Part shown: piece after piece, positions 1 through 14,866 of the stretch
How the letters are laid out: each line of letters opens with the position of its first letter
Position numbering within the stretch: the stretch's first letter is position 1
NCBI GenBank assembly: GCA_030770535.1
Contig: JASVEC010000173.1
Coordinates: 1-36,586, forward strand
Direction of reading: 5' to 3'
DNA length: 36,586 nucleotides
Origin: Batkoa obscura
Lineage: Eukaryota
The notes under the pieces: generated by a model
Databases searched by the model: none
What the model saw: the letters and a program-made list of their open reading frames with translations, nothing else
What the model was told of the DNA's origin: nothing
Translations under genes and position numbers: made by a program

Positions 1-2738
1 TGAAATTACTATTGTTATTTAAATTGAATTCACTTATTTTTCATTGAAATATAATTTTCAATTAATTTAATATCATATAAACTACTTAATAACCAAATTA
101 ATTCAATTATATTAGATTGGTACTGTTCATTTGATTCATTTAAATTATCCCATAATTTATCTAATATTAATAATAATATTTCTTTCGTTAAATAAGTTTG
201 ATTTAAAGTTATTTGTTTTAATGTTAAATCAACTAAACATTTGATTGAACTTTCAATTATAATAAAATCTTCTACTTTATAACAACATAAAACTAAATTT
301 GTTGTAAATTCATTAATTAATTGTAACCCATTACGTTTTAAATTATCCTTTGTATTATTATTATTAACTTCATAAAACGTATAAAATGTATTTAAATCAA
401 ATGGAAATGAAGTCAATTGTTTTAATAATTCGGATATTGATATAAATAATTGATTATTATTATTGTTAATTATTTCTTGTTGTTGATTATTTTGTAAGAA
501 ATGTAATAAAATACTTTTCCCAATGATCAATAATTTATATAATATAATGTTAAATAAATTAAACCCCTTAATTTTACTAAATAATAATTGAGTTGTATTG
601 ATATTTTCATTTTCATTTTCATTTTCTTCATCTTCATTTCCTTGTTGTTTTATTGGATTATAATAATTTCTAATTAACTTTGTAATATCCCTATCCTCTA
701 TATTATCATTCTCTATAGTAATCTCAAGTTTAAATATATCTTTTGGTAATTTCGACATTGATGAAGTAATTAATTCTAATGTCATTAATACATTTTTTTG
801 ATATTTGAAAAAATCTAATTGTTGTTTCTTCGTTTGCAGTAACTGTAAACATCGAATTAAAAAACAAGGTAGATGAATAAATTCTACTTCTTCTTCATTA
901 AATTGCAATATATTAAATACAAATAATATCAATTCCAATTTATAATTCGTTTCATCTCCTTCGATCTCTAATTGATTTAATGTCCTATTAATATAAGACC
1001 AAATAAAATAAGGTTCAATTGTATCCAAAAATAATTTTGAGTTCATTATTAATTCTTTTTCATATAATAAATTCTTTTTACATTGTAAATAACTTCTATT
1101 CATTATAGTATCAAAATGATATTGTAACATAACAGGCCCTAATTCTTGCTTGTCCATTAATGAAATTAATATACGATATGGTTTTTGCAACTCATTTAGT
1201 GATGTTGTGTTCAACTCAAACATTCTCTATTATTGAAGAAGATTAATAATAAAATATATAATAAAATAAATATGATTTCTTACTTTAATAGCTAAACTCA
1301 TTGCGTTTAAACAATAAGCTTTAAAATAATTAATAGTTACTTCCATGGTTTCTCCACTTCCTTTTTATAATAAAAATACAAATAAATATCACCATTCATA
1401 TCATCATATTATGTCAAGAATTACCTAATAACCAAGCATAAACTCTTCTATTTAAAGACATATCCCTACTTAAAAATATCGATAGTAATGAGATCATCAA
1501 CTGACATAGTTGATCTTCTGTTAATATACTAATAATATCAAATATAAAAATGAAATTAATCATTATTATTATTATATTTAATATAATTCAACTTACTTTA
1601 AATTGGGTGGTAAATATTTAATAATAATATCCAACATACCTCTTTTCACCAAATGATCTTTATCATTTAAAGTAGCACAGATGGCATTGATCATTAGGTT
1701 TAAATCATTTCCTAGTATCTCTGATAATTCTAAAAAAACAAAATCATTAATACTCCATTTCTTCTTCTTTCAGCTTCATAGTCTACTTACCTTTACCATC
1801 TTTTATCTTAGGAAATCTTTTGATTAAAAAATTAATCCCTGCACATCGAATTTTAGGTGTAGAAATAAGTGCTAACCACATTGCTTGTAAATAGAAATCT
1901 TGACCTACTTTGATCGATAATGAATCTAATAATTTAAATACTTGTTCAAAATATTCATTCCCTTCTTCTTCAATTCCAGGTAATAAAGATATTATTAGAC
2001 TTTTTGTACACGGTCTTAATGACTTGTCGAGAGTTACTATATAAGTTTCATAAATCTTTAATAATTGAGACTAAAAGAGAAAAGTTAGTAAAAAGATAAC
2101 CAAATAAAATAAAACTTACTTTAATCGTCATGGATGCAAATTGCATAAATGGAAATAAACCATAAGCATAAATAGCTAAATCTTGGGCTAATAAATCAGA
2201 CTAAAAACAATCATCTCCATTAAAATCTTATATTAAAACACCAATATTAAGAAGATCAAAACTTACCCCCATCTGTTCAAAAATAGTTTGATAAACTAAT
2301 AGTGCTTTTTGATGAACCCCCGTTGGTAAAGCTGGATTTAAACATTGAGCTAACCTTTTTGCTAATAATAATTTATGCGGTATAACTTTAAATTGAGGAT
2401 ATGTTTCAAAACACTATAAACAGAGAAAATGATTAATTGAATGGGTTTAGTTTATATGATTCGTATGGAATATATTTTTATTTTGAATTTTGAACTTTGA
2501 ATTAAAATAGCTTACTTTTTGTAAACGCGATAAAAATGCAGAGACATCCGCCCACTCACTTACACTTTCAAATGCTGACAATGTACGTTCAATAGAGTAA
2601 TTGAATTTTAAATATTTTGGATCTAACAAAATCAAGTATTAGTTGTAATTATTTCAATATCAGTTATTGAATTCTACCTGATGATAAACTTTTATTGGAG
2701 TTTATTGTAGTGGATTTATTATTTATTGGAGTGGTCAT
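1..2738 (-). CDS. DOP1: Dopey-family Golgi/endosome trafficking protein, 5' part; multi-exon, probably continues past the window start
   Basis: ATG at 2738; exons 2678-2738 and 2516-2622 (DPKY..IERTLSAFESVSEWADVSAFLSRLQK), next exon LAKRLAQCLNPALPTGVHQKAL, later RDMSLNRRVYAWLLG: Dopey_N motifs. The 30-1223 ORF is a large internal exon with a probable GT donor at 33. Confidence 0.9.
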
Positions 2739-3021
2739 TTATATTTGTTTATTTTATATTGAAATTTTGATTTTTTTTTTTAAAAATCAATAAAAGAAAA
2801 TTGAATGACTTTTTTTGAAGTTTTTCAAAGCCACCTAAACAACTGTTATTTGCATAATTCCAACTATTAATGTGGCAAGAATCGAGAGTTGACTTATTTG
2901 GATAACTCTCAAATAATTTTTCAATGAAATTTTTGAGGTTATTTTTAGTGAATTAAAAATTAATTAGATTTACAACTCTTTTTTTATTATCTTTGTTCTA
3001 TTTTCAAAATATATATAAAAA

Positions 3022-5361
<2,340 letters not shown>

Positions 5362-5677
5362 AAAATCTTGGTCGATATTCTATAAAATAATTATCCTTTT
5401 TTTTTTCTAGTTTATTGTTTATATTGTATTGTAATATATTATTAAATATAAACTAATCTTAATTTTAGTAATAAAACCGAATAGGTATTTAATAGTTCAA
5501 AATCATTAAATAAAACATTGTAAACTATATCTTTACGTTAAAGTAGTTAACCTGAAGTAATTGATAGTAAACTTTAAATATTAAATACTATAATTAGAAA
5601 TGAAATATATTTGTTTATTAAATTAAACAATCAATTTCATTTCAAACATAAAACAAAAAGCCAATATCTAAATTCAT

Positions 5678-5977
5678 TTATTTATCTTCAAATTCTTTCC
5701 ATAATTCTTCACGTCTTTTTTTAGCATCTTTAGCTTTTTTAGCATTAGCTGAACGTATGCCTTCAAACTTAATATAGTATTGTATTAGTTTAATTTGATC
5801 TTGTTTTTATAATAAAGTAACAATTACCTCTAAAGCCAGACATTTATTTAATTCAATTTTCAAATCATTACATTCACCAAAATATTTTTTAATTGGATGA
5901 TTTAAATGACAATTGTTTAAGGCCATGATTTGTGATATACATTCTGTATGTTTATGGGGTGTTAAGGTAGGATGCAT
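5678..5977 (-). CDS. CMC2: Twin CX9C cytochrome c oxidase assembly protein Cmc2 (79 aa, 2 exons; not in the ORF track)
   Basis: Exons 5828-5977 and 5678-5767 give MHPTLTPHKHTEC-ISQIMALNN-CHLNHPIKKYFGEC-NDLKIELNK-CLALEFEGIRSANAKKAKDAKKRREELWKEFEDK; two CX9C motifs and the MHP..HP..F.G.CN pattern. Confidence 0.88.
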
Positions 5978-6220
5978 CGTTAGATTTTTTTCTCTTTTTA
6001 ATAAAAGTATATATTTTGTAAAATAAAAATTTAAAACTTTCGATTTTTATTTATTTTCAACTCTCTTCGCTTTAATTTGAAATTCAATTAATTCTTCAAT
6101 TGAATTAACTTTTGCAATTTTTGAAATCTACTCAATTCTGGAGTATTCAAGATTTTTTAAATTTTTACTTTTTTAAAAATTATAGATTTTTTACATTTTT
6201 AAAATAGTTAACCAAAAAAA

Positions 6221-6730
6221 ATGTCAACAATGTTATGTACCCTAATGAGGGGGTTAACCTTAACCAAGACACCAACTTTTAATTTACTCAAATCCAACTT
6301 AACTAACCCCATTAATCGTTTAACTGTGGTACAAACTCAAACGAGTAATATGGCGACTTTAAATCAAGTAATAAGAGGTTGTCGTAAAACCAAGCCCAAT
6401 GTATCCAAGTGTCCAGCTCTCGATGGCAATCCACAGAAAAAAGGTGTTTGTGTGAAAGTATACACTACAAAACCAAAGAAACCTAATTCAGCTGTACGTA
6501 AAGTAGCACGAGTTCGATTAAGTAATGGAAAAACTATCATTGCTTATATTCCGGGTGAAGGTCATAATTTACAAGAACATTCAGTAGTACTTGTTCGTGG
6601 TGGGGGCCCTCCTGATTTACCTGGTGTGAAATATAAGCTCATTAGAGGTAAATATGATTTACAAGGCGTTGCTAATAGAGCTACTTCAAGATCGAAATAT
6701 GGTGCTAAGAAGCCTTCAAGTGATAAATAG
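6221..6730 (+). CDS. MRPS12: Mitochondrial ribosomal protein uS12m, intronless
   Basis: Bacterial-type S12 core ([62 protein letters not shown]) preceded by ~43 aa resembling a mitochondrial presequence. Confidence 0.95.
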   Translation: MSTMLCTLMRGLTLTKTPTFNLLKSNLTNPINRLTVVQTQTSNMATLNQVIRGCRKTKPNVSKCPALDGNPQKKGVCVKVYTTKPKKPNSAVRKVARVRLSNGKTIIAYIPGEGHNLQEHSVVLVRGGGPPDLPGVKYKLIRGKYDLQGVANRATSRSKYGAKKPSSDK

Positions 6731-7112
6731 ATTCAAAATAAAAAATAAGTTTGCTTGGGGTTTATAGGTCTATTTGGGAGAATTTTTCTAATTTTATATT
6801 TTAGATTGATTAAACTGATTTAAAATTGTTTATACTTAGTATAATATAAGCTTAATGAAATTAATAAGTTAAATAATTTGTAGATTTCTTGACAAAATTA
6901 TATTTATCCATATTTAATATCTATAGAAATTAAATTTAACTAAAGATATTAGCCTCATTACTAAACTATCAGTACAGCGCATTTATAAAACAATAACGAA
7001 GGCTTAAATATTTTATCACGTTTTTTTATTAAACTACTTTCTATACTATCACTATCGGACCTTGGAGGAAGCTTTAAAGTTCAAATACCAATTGTTGTTT
7101 TTAAGCTTTAAT

Positions 7113-10100
7113 TTAATTTTCTTTAGTTGGTAATTCAAGATAAACCATTAAATTATTGGCTTGTGGTGAACTAGAAACATAAGTAGTAGCATCTTTATCA
7201 CCTAAAGCTTCAAATACTTCGCATCCTTTAATTAAGGATTTGAAACTAGCTTTATTTGCTTCAAGAGCTTCAGCTATTTTACCATCAACAGTAGAATAAT
7301 AAACTATAAAATAAATGTAAACAAATATAAATATATATAGTAATATTATAACTTACCTTTAACTTCTCCCTTGGTTATACCGTTATCAGCTAGTAAAGAT
7401 CTAGCTGATTTAACAGCAGAATAGGCGGATTCAAACAAAGCATCAGCTTCTGAATTTTCATAAGTAGTTTCACCGACTGGGAAGGAAGCGATACAAATAG
7501 AAGGAACTTTATCATCAGTTCTACGAGGAAGTCTTTGATATAGTTCTTCGGTAAGGAAAGGCATAAATGGATGGAGAAGTTTTAATCCACCTTCTAAGCA
7601 AATGCAAAGGGTATCTTGCATTGAACGGCGTTTGCTTTCATTTTCTGGACTTAAATCAGTTACTACTGGTTTCATCATTTCAACAAATACATCACATAAT
7701 TCATATAACCAGAAATTATAAACAGCGTTTGTAGCATTCATGAAATTACGCTCTTCAAGCGCTTTATTAGTTTCAATGGCAGCGATATTAAAACGATTCA
7801 AAATCCATTTTTCAACTAAAGATTCTTCGCCAGTAGCCTAAAAAAATTAATAAATCATAACTAATAATATTAATTTAAATTACTTTAGGATCAGATCTAG
7901 GAATGAATTTTTCATCTAAACGCATAAGAGCAAATCTAGTTACATTCCATAATTTATTACAGAATTTTCTATATCCAACAACACGCAAGATATCCAAATT
8001 AATATCACGACCTAATTTAATTTAGTTTAAACTTTATATATGGTAATTATTATTTACCTGCAATAGGATAAGCACACAGTGCAAAACGAAGAGCATCAGT
8101 ACCACATTCTGGGATACCATTAGGGAAATCTTGTTTTTGGCCTTCTTTAGCTTTTTTAACTTCTCTTGGGTCTAAGTTACCCTTTTCTAATTTAACACCT
8201 AGCTCTTCTAAAGTAATACCCTCAATAACATCAACAGGATCAATAACATTTCCTAATGATTTTGACATTTTACGGCCATGAGCATCACGAATCATAGCAT
8301 GACATAAAACTTCTTTAAAAGGTACTTGGCCGGTTAATTTAATACCCATCATTACCATCCTAGCTACCCAAAAGAATAAGATATCCCAACCAGTTTCAAG
8401 TAATGAATTTGGATAATATAAAGATAAATCTTTTGTTTGTTCTGGCCATCCAAAAATAGAAAATGGCCATAAACCAGATGAAAACCAAGTATCTAACACA
8501 TCTTCATCTTGCTCTAATTTAATATTTGGTCCAAATTTACTAGTAGCTCTTTCTAAAGCTTCTTCATAACTACGTCCAACAATCCAATATTGACTATCAT
8601 CTGTATTTTGTTCTTTACCTTCAATTTTAACAAAATAAGCTGGTGCACGATGTCCCCACCATAATTGACGAGAAATACACCAATCTTGAATATTTTCTAA
8701 CCAACGGAACCATTCACGTTCTGAAGCTTTTGGTAAAATATTGAGTTGACCATCTTCAACGGCTTTAATAGCTTCAGCGGCCATTTCTTTACAATTAACC
8801 CACCATTGTGGTTTTAATAAAGGTTCAATAACATCTCCAGAACGAGAGCAAATTGGTACAACCATAGGATTATCTTTAGTTTCTATAAATAGATTCTTTT
8901 CTTTCAAAGCTGCTAAAACTGCTTTACGGGCATGGAATCGCTTTAAACCTTGGAATGGTGCAGCATTTTCATTAAATGTACCATCGTCATTTAAGATATT
9001 AATATTTTCTAAATTATGACGTTTACCAACTTCGAAATCATTGAAATCATGAGCTGGTGTAATCTTTACTGCACCAGTACCGAATTCCATATCAACTGCA
9101 ATACTATCACAAACAATTGGAATACGACGACCGTTGAAAGGATGAATGACATGTTTACCATGTAAATGTTTATATCTTTCATCATCTGGATGAATGGCAA
9201 CAGCAGTATCACCAAGCATAGTTTCAATACGTGTAGTTGCAACAATAATTTTTTCTTCAGTATCTTCGACTTGATAAGCAAAAGAATGAATAGCCCCAAA
9301 TTGGAATTTTTCTGACTCATCATAACCTGGGACATTCAACCAAGTAGAACCTGTTAACTCTTTATTTTCTACTTCTAAATTAGAAAGAGCAGTGTTGAGA
9401 TGTACACACCAATTGACTAATCTCTTAGAACGATAGATAATACCTTCATCATGTAATCTAACAAATGCTTCAATCACAGCTTTGTTAAGTTCAGGGTCCA
9501 TAGTAAACTTAGCACGTTCCCAGTCATAAGAGCCACCCATACGTTTGAGTTGGGTATAGATATGACCACCATATTGCTCTTTCCATTCCCAAACTTTATC
9601 AACAAAAGCTTCTCTACCTAAGTCATGCCTTGTTTTCTTTTCTTGCCTATAAAGATTTTTTTCAACAACGGACTGACAACTGATACCAGCATGATCACAA
9701 CCTGGATTAAATAAAACAGTTTTCCCAAGCATTCGATTCCAACGAATCAAAGCATCTTGAATAGCTACAGTTAATGCATGGCCAATATGCAAACTACCAG
9801 TTACATTTGGTGGTGGAATAGGTATTATAAAAGCCCCCTCTGGTTTAATTTTACCATCTTCAGTAAGTTGTGGTTTGAAAAAACCTTCTTTTGCCCACCA
9901 ATCATACCAAGCTGATTCAACTGCAATGGCGTTATAAGTGGACTCCAATGGCTCAGACAAATCTTTTTGAACTTAATAAAAATATCAATTTTATAGATTA
10001 ATAAATACCTTTTTTATCTCCAGGTTTTGTTTTATTAACAAAAGCTACCTTTTCTTTTGTTTTTTTACTGTCAGTCTTATCCTTTTTTTTAGTCTAACTA

Positions 10101-10318
10101 GAGTTAGTTTAAAAGTACAGACATAGTTATGATGAACTTACACTTTCCGCTTTAGCAGCTTGAGCAGCTTGTTTAGCAGCTAATTTTTCAAGTTTAGCTT
10201 TACGTTTTGCTTCGTTTTTAGCGGCGTTTTTAGCAGCTTTGTCAGCAGCGGTTTGATCACCAGCAACTTCTTCGGCTGAAGTAGGATTTAATTTTGTTTC
10301 TTCTTTAGGATTTGACAT
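7113..10318 (-). CDS. VAS1: Valyl-tRNA synthetase (~988 aa, 6 exons)
   Basis: Exons 10142-10318, 10009-10093, 8058-9962, 7884-8011, 7357-7837, 7113-7303 (2967 nt, in frame). [13 protein letters not shown] (HIGH), [17 protein letters not shown] and anticodon-binding [15 protein letters not shown]. Confidence 0.96.
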
Positions 10319-11099
10319 TGAAAATGGCCAATTTTTTTATTCAAAACTTTTTTGATTTTATGATACTCTATTTTGAGGAATTTTATTGGATTGATTCTTA
10401 AATTTCATCTGCTAATTCTTTAAGTATTCGCAGCTTTGCAAAGTTAGAAATTCAATTTTTTAGACCTTTGGTAATTTGAGTCATTTTATGTAATAAAGGT
10501 TCAATATGTATGTATTATAATTGAGTATCATCAATGTCTATATTTTTTTATCTCAAGTCTATTCAAGTAATACGTATGAATGTTTCTAGTGATAGATTTA
10601 AATATATAGATTCAAATAAAGCTATGTGAAATTTATAAACAGGGTTTTGTTTTGTTAATAAACATTTATAAATATTATTATATAAAAAATTGCGTTATAG
10701 AAATCACAGAGAGTTTTTATAAAAATACTATAATCTTCTAAAGGCAAAACCAGATGCTTTAATAATTAAGATATGAATAAAGATATAGAATACACTTTAT
10801 TTGCCATAATTTCAAATTATAACCTTTTCTCTTTATTGTAATATTAAATATTAGAATTTTATGTTTTAAGCAAACTTTATTTTATATAAATTTTTTTAGA
10901 CGAAAAATCAAAATTTTAATCAAACTTATTTATATAACAAATAAATTACAAAAGTTAACAAAATTTAGTAGAGATTATTTAAAAAATTCTATTTTTTCAC
11001 AATGTAATTTTTATTGTTAATAACAATAGCTCAAAAGTAAAAAAATATAAAGTCAAAAACTGATTAATATAAATAGTTTTAGAAATAAATCAATATAGT

Positions 11100-11563
11100 A
11101 TTTAATTTTTTTTTGATTTCATTATTTTTATTTTTTAAGATTTAAGTGGAAAGATTGTTAGTAAAATTTTAAACAAAAAAAAACATCCTCATTTAATTTT
11201 AATGATATAAGGATATATTTTTATGTTTAAGAATTTTACTAGTGGGGATGTATTGTGTTTAAAATTTTACTAACAATTTTCCACTTAAATAGCGCTTAAA
11301 AATGGAAAAGTAATGAAACCAAAAAAAACATCACCATATGGGAGTGTTTTTTTTAACTTCATTATTTTTTCCATTTTTTAAGCGCTATTTAAGCGGAAAA
11401 TTTGTTAGTAAAATTCTTAAACACAAAAATACATCCCCATATATTACTTTAAATAAAAATACAAGAGTATGTTTTTTTGGTTTCATTACTTTTTCCATCT
11501 TTTAAGCGCTATTTGAGTGGAAAAATTGTTAGTAAAATTCCTAAACACGAAAACACAGCCACA
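11100..11563. mobile_element. Cluster of ~100-bp MITE-like elements: ~11100-11191 (+, degenerate), 11208-11240 (-, partial), 11243-11336 (-), 11339-11439 (+), ~11464-11563 (+)
   Basis: Terminal inverted repeats TGGGGATGT(A/T)TTTT...AAAA(T)ACATCCCCA, shared non-coding core TTTTCCATTTTTTAAGCGCTATTT(G/A)AG(T/C)GGAAAA..TTGTTAGTAAAATTCTTAAAC, and TA at most ends. Confidence 0.8.
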
Positions 11564-12161
11564 TAAGCTATTTAATAATTTAGAAAAATTTCAACTGAAA
11601 ATACTGATTTATTATAAATTTTATACATTAAAACATTAAAATATAAAATTTTTATTAATAAAATAATTTTACTTTTTATATAATAGCAATATTCATAATA
11701 GATAACTATTATGCTTTTGCTAACTTTTAATTAGCTTGTATATAAAAATTCAGCTTTAATAGAATTAATAAAGTGTTTATTTAATAGCATAATATTGGAA
11801 TTTTATATCATAAATATATTAATTAAAATATTTAAAATTATATTTGTTCTAATGTTGAGCAATCATGAATAAACAATAAAACACTAATAGACATAGCACC
11901 AATTTATGTTATTATAGCCAAAGAGTGGTAATAAATTAGTGATAATAGGTCAAAAACTTATTAGCTGAATTAGTCAATCATCAATTGCTATTATTGCCTA
12001 TGTACTACTAAATATTATATTTTGACAACTGAATATTTGATTTTCTTTATAACAAAAATAACAAGAAGCTCATTAATTTGTATTTTTTATTTAATTTGTA
12101 TTATTCAATATGTCATTTGACTTTAAAGTATGGTAGAATTTATAAAAAATTTATTATTATA

Positions 12162-12260
12162 TGAGGATGTATTTTCTTGTTTAATAATTTTACTAATAAT
12201 TTTTCCTCTCAAATTGCATTTGAAAAACGGAAAAAATGATGAAACCAAAAAATACCCCGA
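12162..12260 (-). mobile_element. MITE-like element copy
   Basis: TA|TGAGGATGTATTTT...AAAAATACCCCGA|TA with the family core in reverse orientation. Confidence 0.7.
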
Positions 12261-12380
12261 TATCATTTAATTGGTATTTAAAAAAGCTTATAAATTCCTC
12301 AAATAAATTTAAATTAGTAAAATAAGAATCACCTGTCAATGATTAAAATTGCAAGGTTAACACATTTATAAATAAATGTT

Positions 12381-12478
12381 TGAGGATGCTTCTTTGATTT
12401 CATCACTTTTTCCATTCTTTTAAGCATTGTTTGAGCGAAAAGATCATTGTTAAAATTAAATAAAAAAATACACCCCCA
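12381..12478 (+). mobile_element. MITE-like element copy (diverged)
   Basis: TGAGGATGCTTCTTT...TTTTTCCATTCTTTTAAGC...AAAAATACACCCCCA. Confidence 0.65.
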
Positions 12479-13154
12479 TTTGAAAATTTTTTATAATTTA
12501 AGAATAAGTAATAAAACAATCTTATAAAAAGAACCTTTTAAACAAAGTATTGAGCTGGCCCTATTTCTAGTCTTTGGGCTAGCACATACCTTAAAAAGTA
12601 TTATAAGGTGTTTATTTATTCAAAGTATCATGGATGTAAGGAACTTTAATTTAACCATAACTGTAGAGGTTTCATCTATATGAACTTTACTTTGAAGATT
12701 CTTTTCGTTTATAAAAACCATATTACTTTAAGATCTTGCTTTCTAAACTCATCCGTCCCCTTTACCTTATTGTATGGTTGGCAGAATAGTTATTTAGATC
12801 AGATATTGCAATAGCTGGGTTTGAGGGTTCCTAAGGTTAATGTATACAAAAAAATCAGGAGTATAGTTTCTAAATTATGTTTTACTAATTCTATAGACTA
12901 CCGTTGTTTCAGACTAGCAGTTTGGAGCTATTGCTCTTTATGTCAAATTAACCACTTAAACTTTCCAAAGTATTCATAATTTTTAAAGAATACATAAATA
13001 ATTGAAATTAAGGTGTTTATTAAGTTTTTTAATTGAGTTCTAATAATCGAGTTCAAGGCATATGTCTTAGTTTAATCCACTAACGAAAATACTTGCTTTA
13101 TAAAGTATAATATAAAAAAAGTGAAATTACACAACTTTTATTAATTAAAATAAA

Positions 13155-13790
13155 TTAAATATTGGCAACTTGCCCTGATGATTGACCAATGTTAGGATTT
13201 ATTGAATTTGGATTACCAATTGAAGCTTCAATCATTTTAATTTCATCTTCTAGTTTAAACGATGGTACCAATGAAGAAAATGAATAATTTGGATATAAAA
13301 ACGAAAACACAACAAATCCAAATCCAAAGAATATAAAGCTCAATAAAGACGCTATCCCATACCATGTAATTGATAGTGTTACAAAGCTAAAGCTGATAAA
13401 GTTAATTAAAATCATATTATATTATATCAGATAATAATAATTACAATATATAAGCTGATAAAATGATATTAGTATATATTATCAATATGTATATATTTAA
13501 TTTACCAAGTCCTCTTCCCATGGGCTTCTTAATGAATCTAAAGTTTCGTTTAAACATAGCTTCAATGCTACCGATTTCGGTAGCTAATAAAAATAAAGAG
13601 AATAATCTTGATTATTAGTTGCATGGATATAAACTAAGACTTTTAATACTTACAAACAATAAATACTTTCGACAATTCCAGTTCTGTCAAAATTTATATA
13701 CAACAAACAATAATGAACTGCATGGGCAAACAGTAATAGTGAAAATAACACATTTATAATAGAAGCAACAACGCAAACAATGGTACTCAT
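13155..13790 (-). CDS. TVP15-like/COPI-associated small membrane protein, copy A (161 aa, 4 exons including a 10-nt exon)
   Basis: Exons 13654-13790, 13506-13606, 13445-13454, 13155-13392 (486 nt) give MSTIVCVVASIINVLFSLLLFAHA...ESIYCLLFSLFLLATE...NFRFIKKPMGRGLAYIFFSFVTL..; the Y..LF..L...E...F.F....GRG..YIF pattern resembles the COPI_assoc family. Confidence 0.72.
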
Positions 13791-13995
13791 TAAGAATAAT
13801 TAATCAAAAAACAAAAGTGAAAAAGTATACTATAATATAAAGATTTATATACATGAACTAAAATCAAGTTAGGAACAATAAATTTTATTTAATAGTAGTA
13901 AGTTTTTTTGTTCATCTATTGGGTTTTAATTTTTCCTATTTTAAAGTGCGCTGTCTTCTTTTTTTATTATGATTTCTATCTTTAGTTAAAAAATC

Positions 13996-14015
13996 CTTGG
14001 CAAGAATATGCCAAG
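13996..14015. promoter_or_regulatory. Paired inverted GCCAAG hexamers upstream of copy A (PacC/Rim101-like consensus)
   Basis: CTTGGC 13996-14001 and GCCAAG 14010-14015; same arrangement upstream of copy B. Confidence 0.35.
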
Positions 14016-14099
14016 AAATAATAATCATGAAAAATATCTGTCTATATATTTTCAAAAAGTAATTTAAACGACTGTTCTTATAAATGGAATAATAGTAGT

Positions 14100-14747
14100 T
14101 TATTTATTAAGCTGGAGATTAGCTAGGAACTGTAATAACTTCAGGCGCTGTGGGGTTATAGTACTGACTGGGTTATCATCGCCCGTATAATCGGATATAT
14201 TACTAGTTAAAGATGGTATAATAGGATAATAAGTGGAGTCTGGTATTAAAAAATGAATAAAAATAGATAAAGCCCCGAACATAATTAATAATATCAAACT
14301 CAGGATACCATACCATGTAGTAGTAAGAGTTATCAAACTAAAGCTAAAAATGAGTTAATATATGAGTACTTATATGCTGAAGACTTAATGAATTACAATA
14401 AATAAGCTATATAAAAAATGAGTTAATAAGTTACAAATCAAATCCAATGTATTCTTACTTAATCCTCTGCTAATGGAAACTTCATAAATTGAAAATAAAC
14501 AACATAAATATTCTGGATACTTTCGACTTCAAATCCAATTAAGAATGCTGAAAATATACTAACAAATTAGAGACATAACATTAATACATAGCAATGAGTA
14601 AAATTCTTACAGGCAATAAATGCCTTGTATTACACCAATAGCATTGAAACCATTGTAGTTAATCCAATAATTAAAGGCGTGGGAAATTAGTATAATAGAA
14701 CAAAATAAATTGACTGCTGAGGTTATAAAGTAAAACTTTGTAGTCAT
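14100..14747 (-). pseudogene. TVP15-like/COPI-associated protein, tandem copy B, with a 1-nt deletion (pseudogene or sequencing error)
   Basis: Same exon layout as copy A (14611-14747, 14459-14558, 14397-14406, 14100-14343), but exon 2 is 100 nt instead of 101. CCA TTA G-C AGA GGA TTA shifts frame at the GRG motif and gives TAA at 14459-14461. Confidence 0.65.
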
Positions 14748-14866
14748 AGTTAAGCAAAAGGCTGTAATTAAAATATCAAAAATAATTGTCTTATGTATTT
14801 TATTTATAATCTATAATATATGTTTTTTCTAACCAAAGGTATTTTAAAGCTCATTTAATAAGACTA

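Noticed and set aside
30..32. TGA ending the 397-aa ORF as a true DOP1 stop or a selenocysteine codon
   Set aside because: It overlaps a GTGAAT donor (the same donor is used in MSC2 at 4872) and Dopey proteins are much longer; probably intronic, but unverifiable at the window edge.
603..630. (TTTTCA)n repeat; also (AAAAAT)n near 17103-17130
   Set aside because: Simple low-complexity repeats; the first encodes ENENEN in DOP1.
6221..6730. Bacterial-like intronless rpsL as contamination or recent horizontal transfer
   Set aside because: It has a presequence-like N-terminal extension and intron-containing neighbours, as expected for nuclear-encoded mitochondrial S12.
11100..11563. Clustered repeats as a CRISPR-like array
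   Set aside because: Units are ~100 bp, in mixed orientation, irregularly spaced and carry terminal inverted repeats; the context is eukaryotic with no cas genes.
12540..12950. Less AT-rich patch with a GKGDG..V.KA stretch faintly like a kinase N-lobe
   Set aside because: Many stops and no HRD or DFG motifs; insufficient evidence.
13567..13584. Palindrome GCTACCGA-TT-TCGGTAGC; also ATCACAAA-TC-TTTGTGAT at 26890-26907
   Set aside because: 8-bp stems can arise by chance; the first is coding and not conserved in the paralogue.
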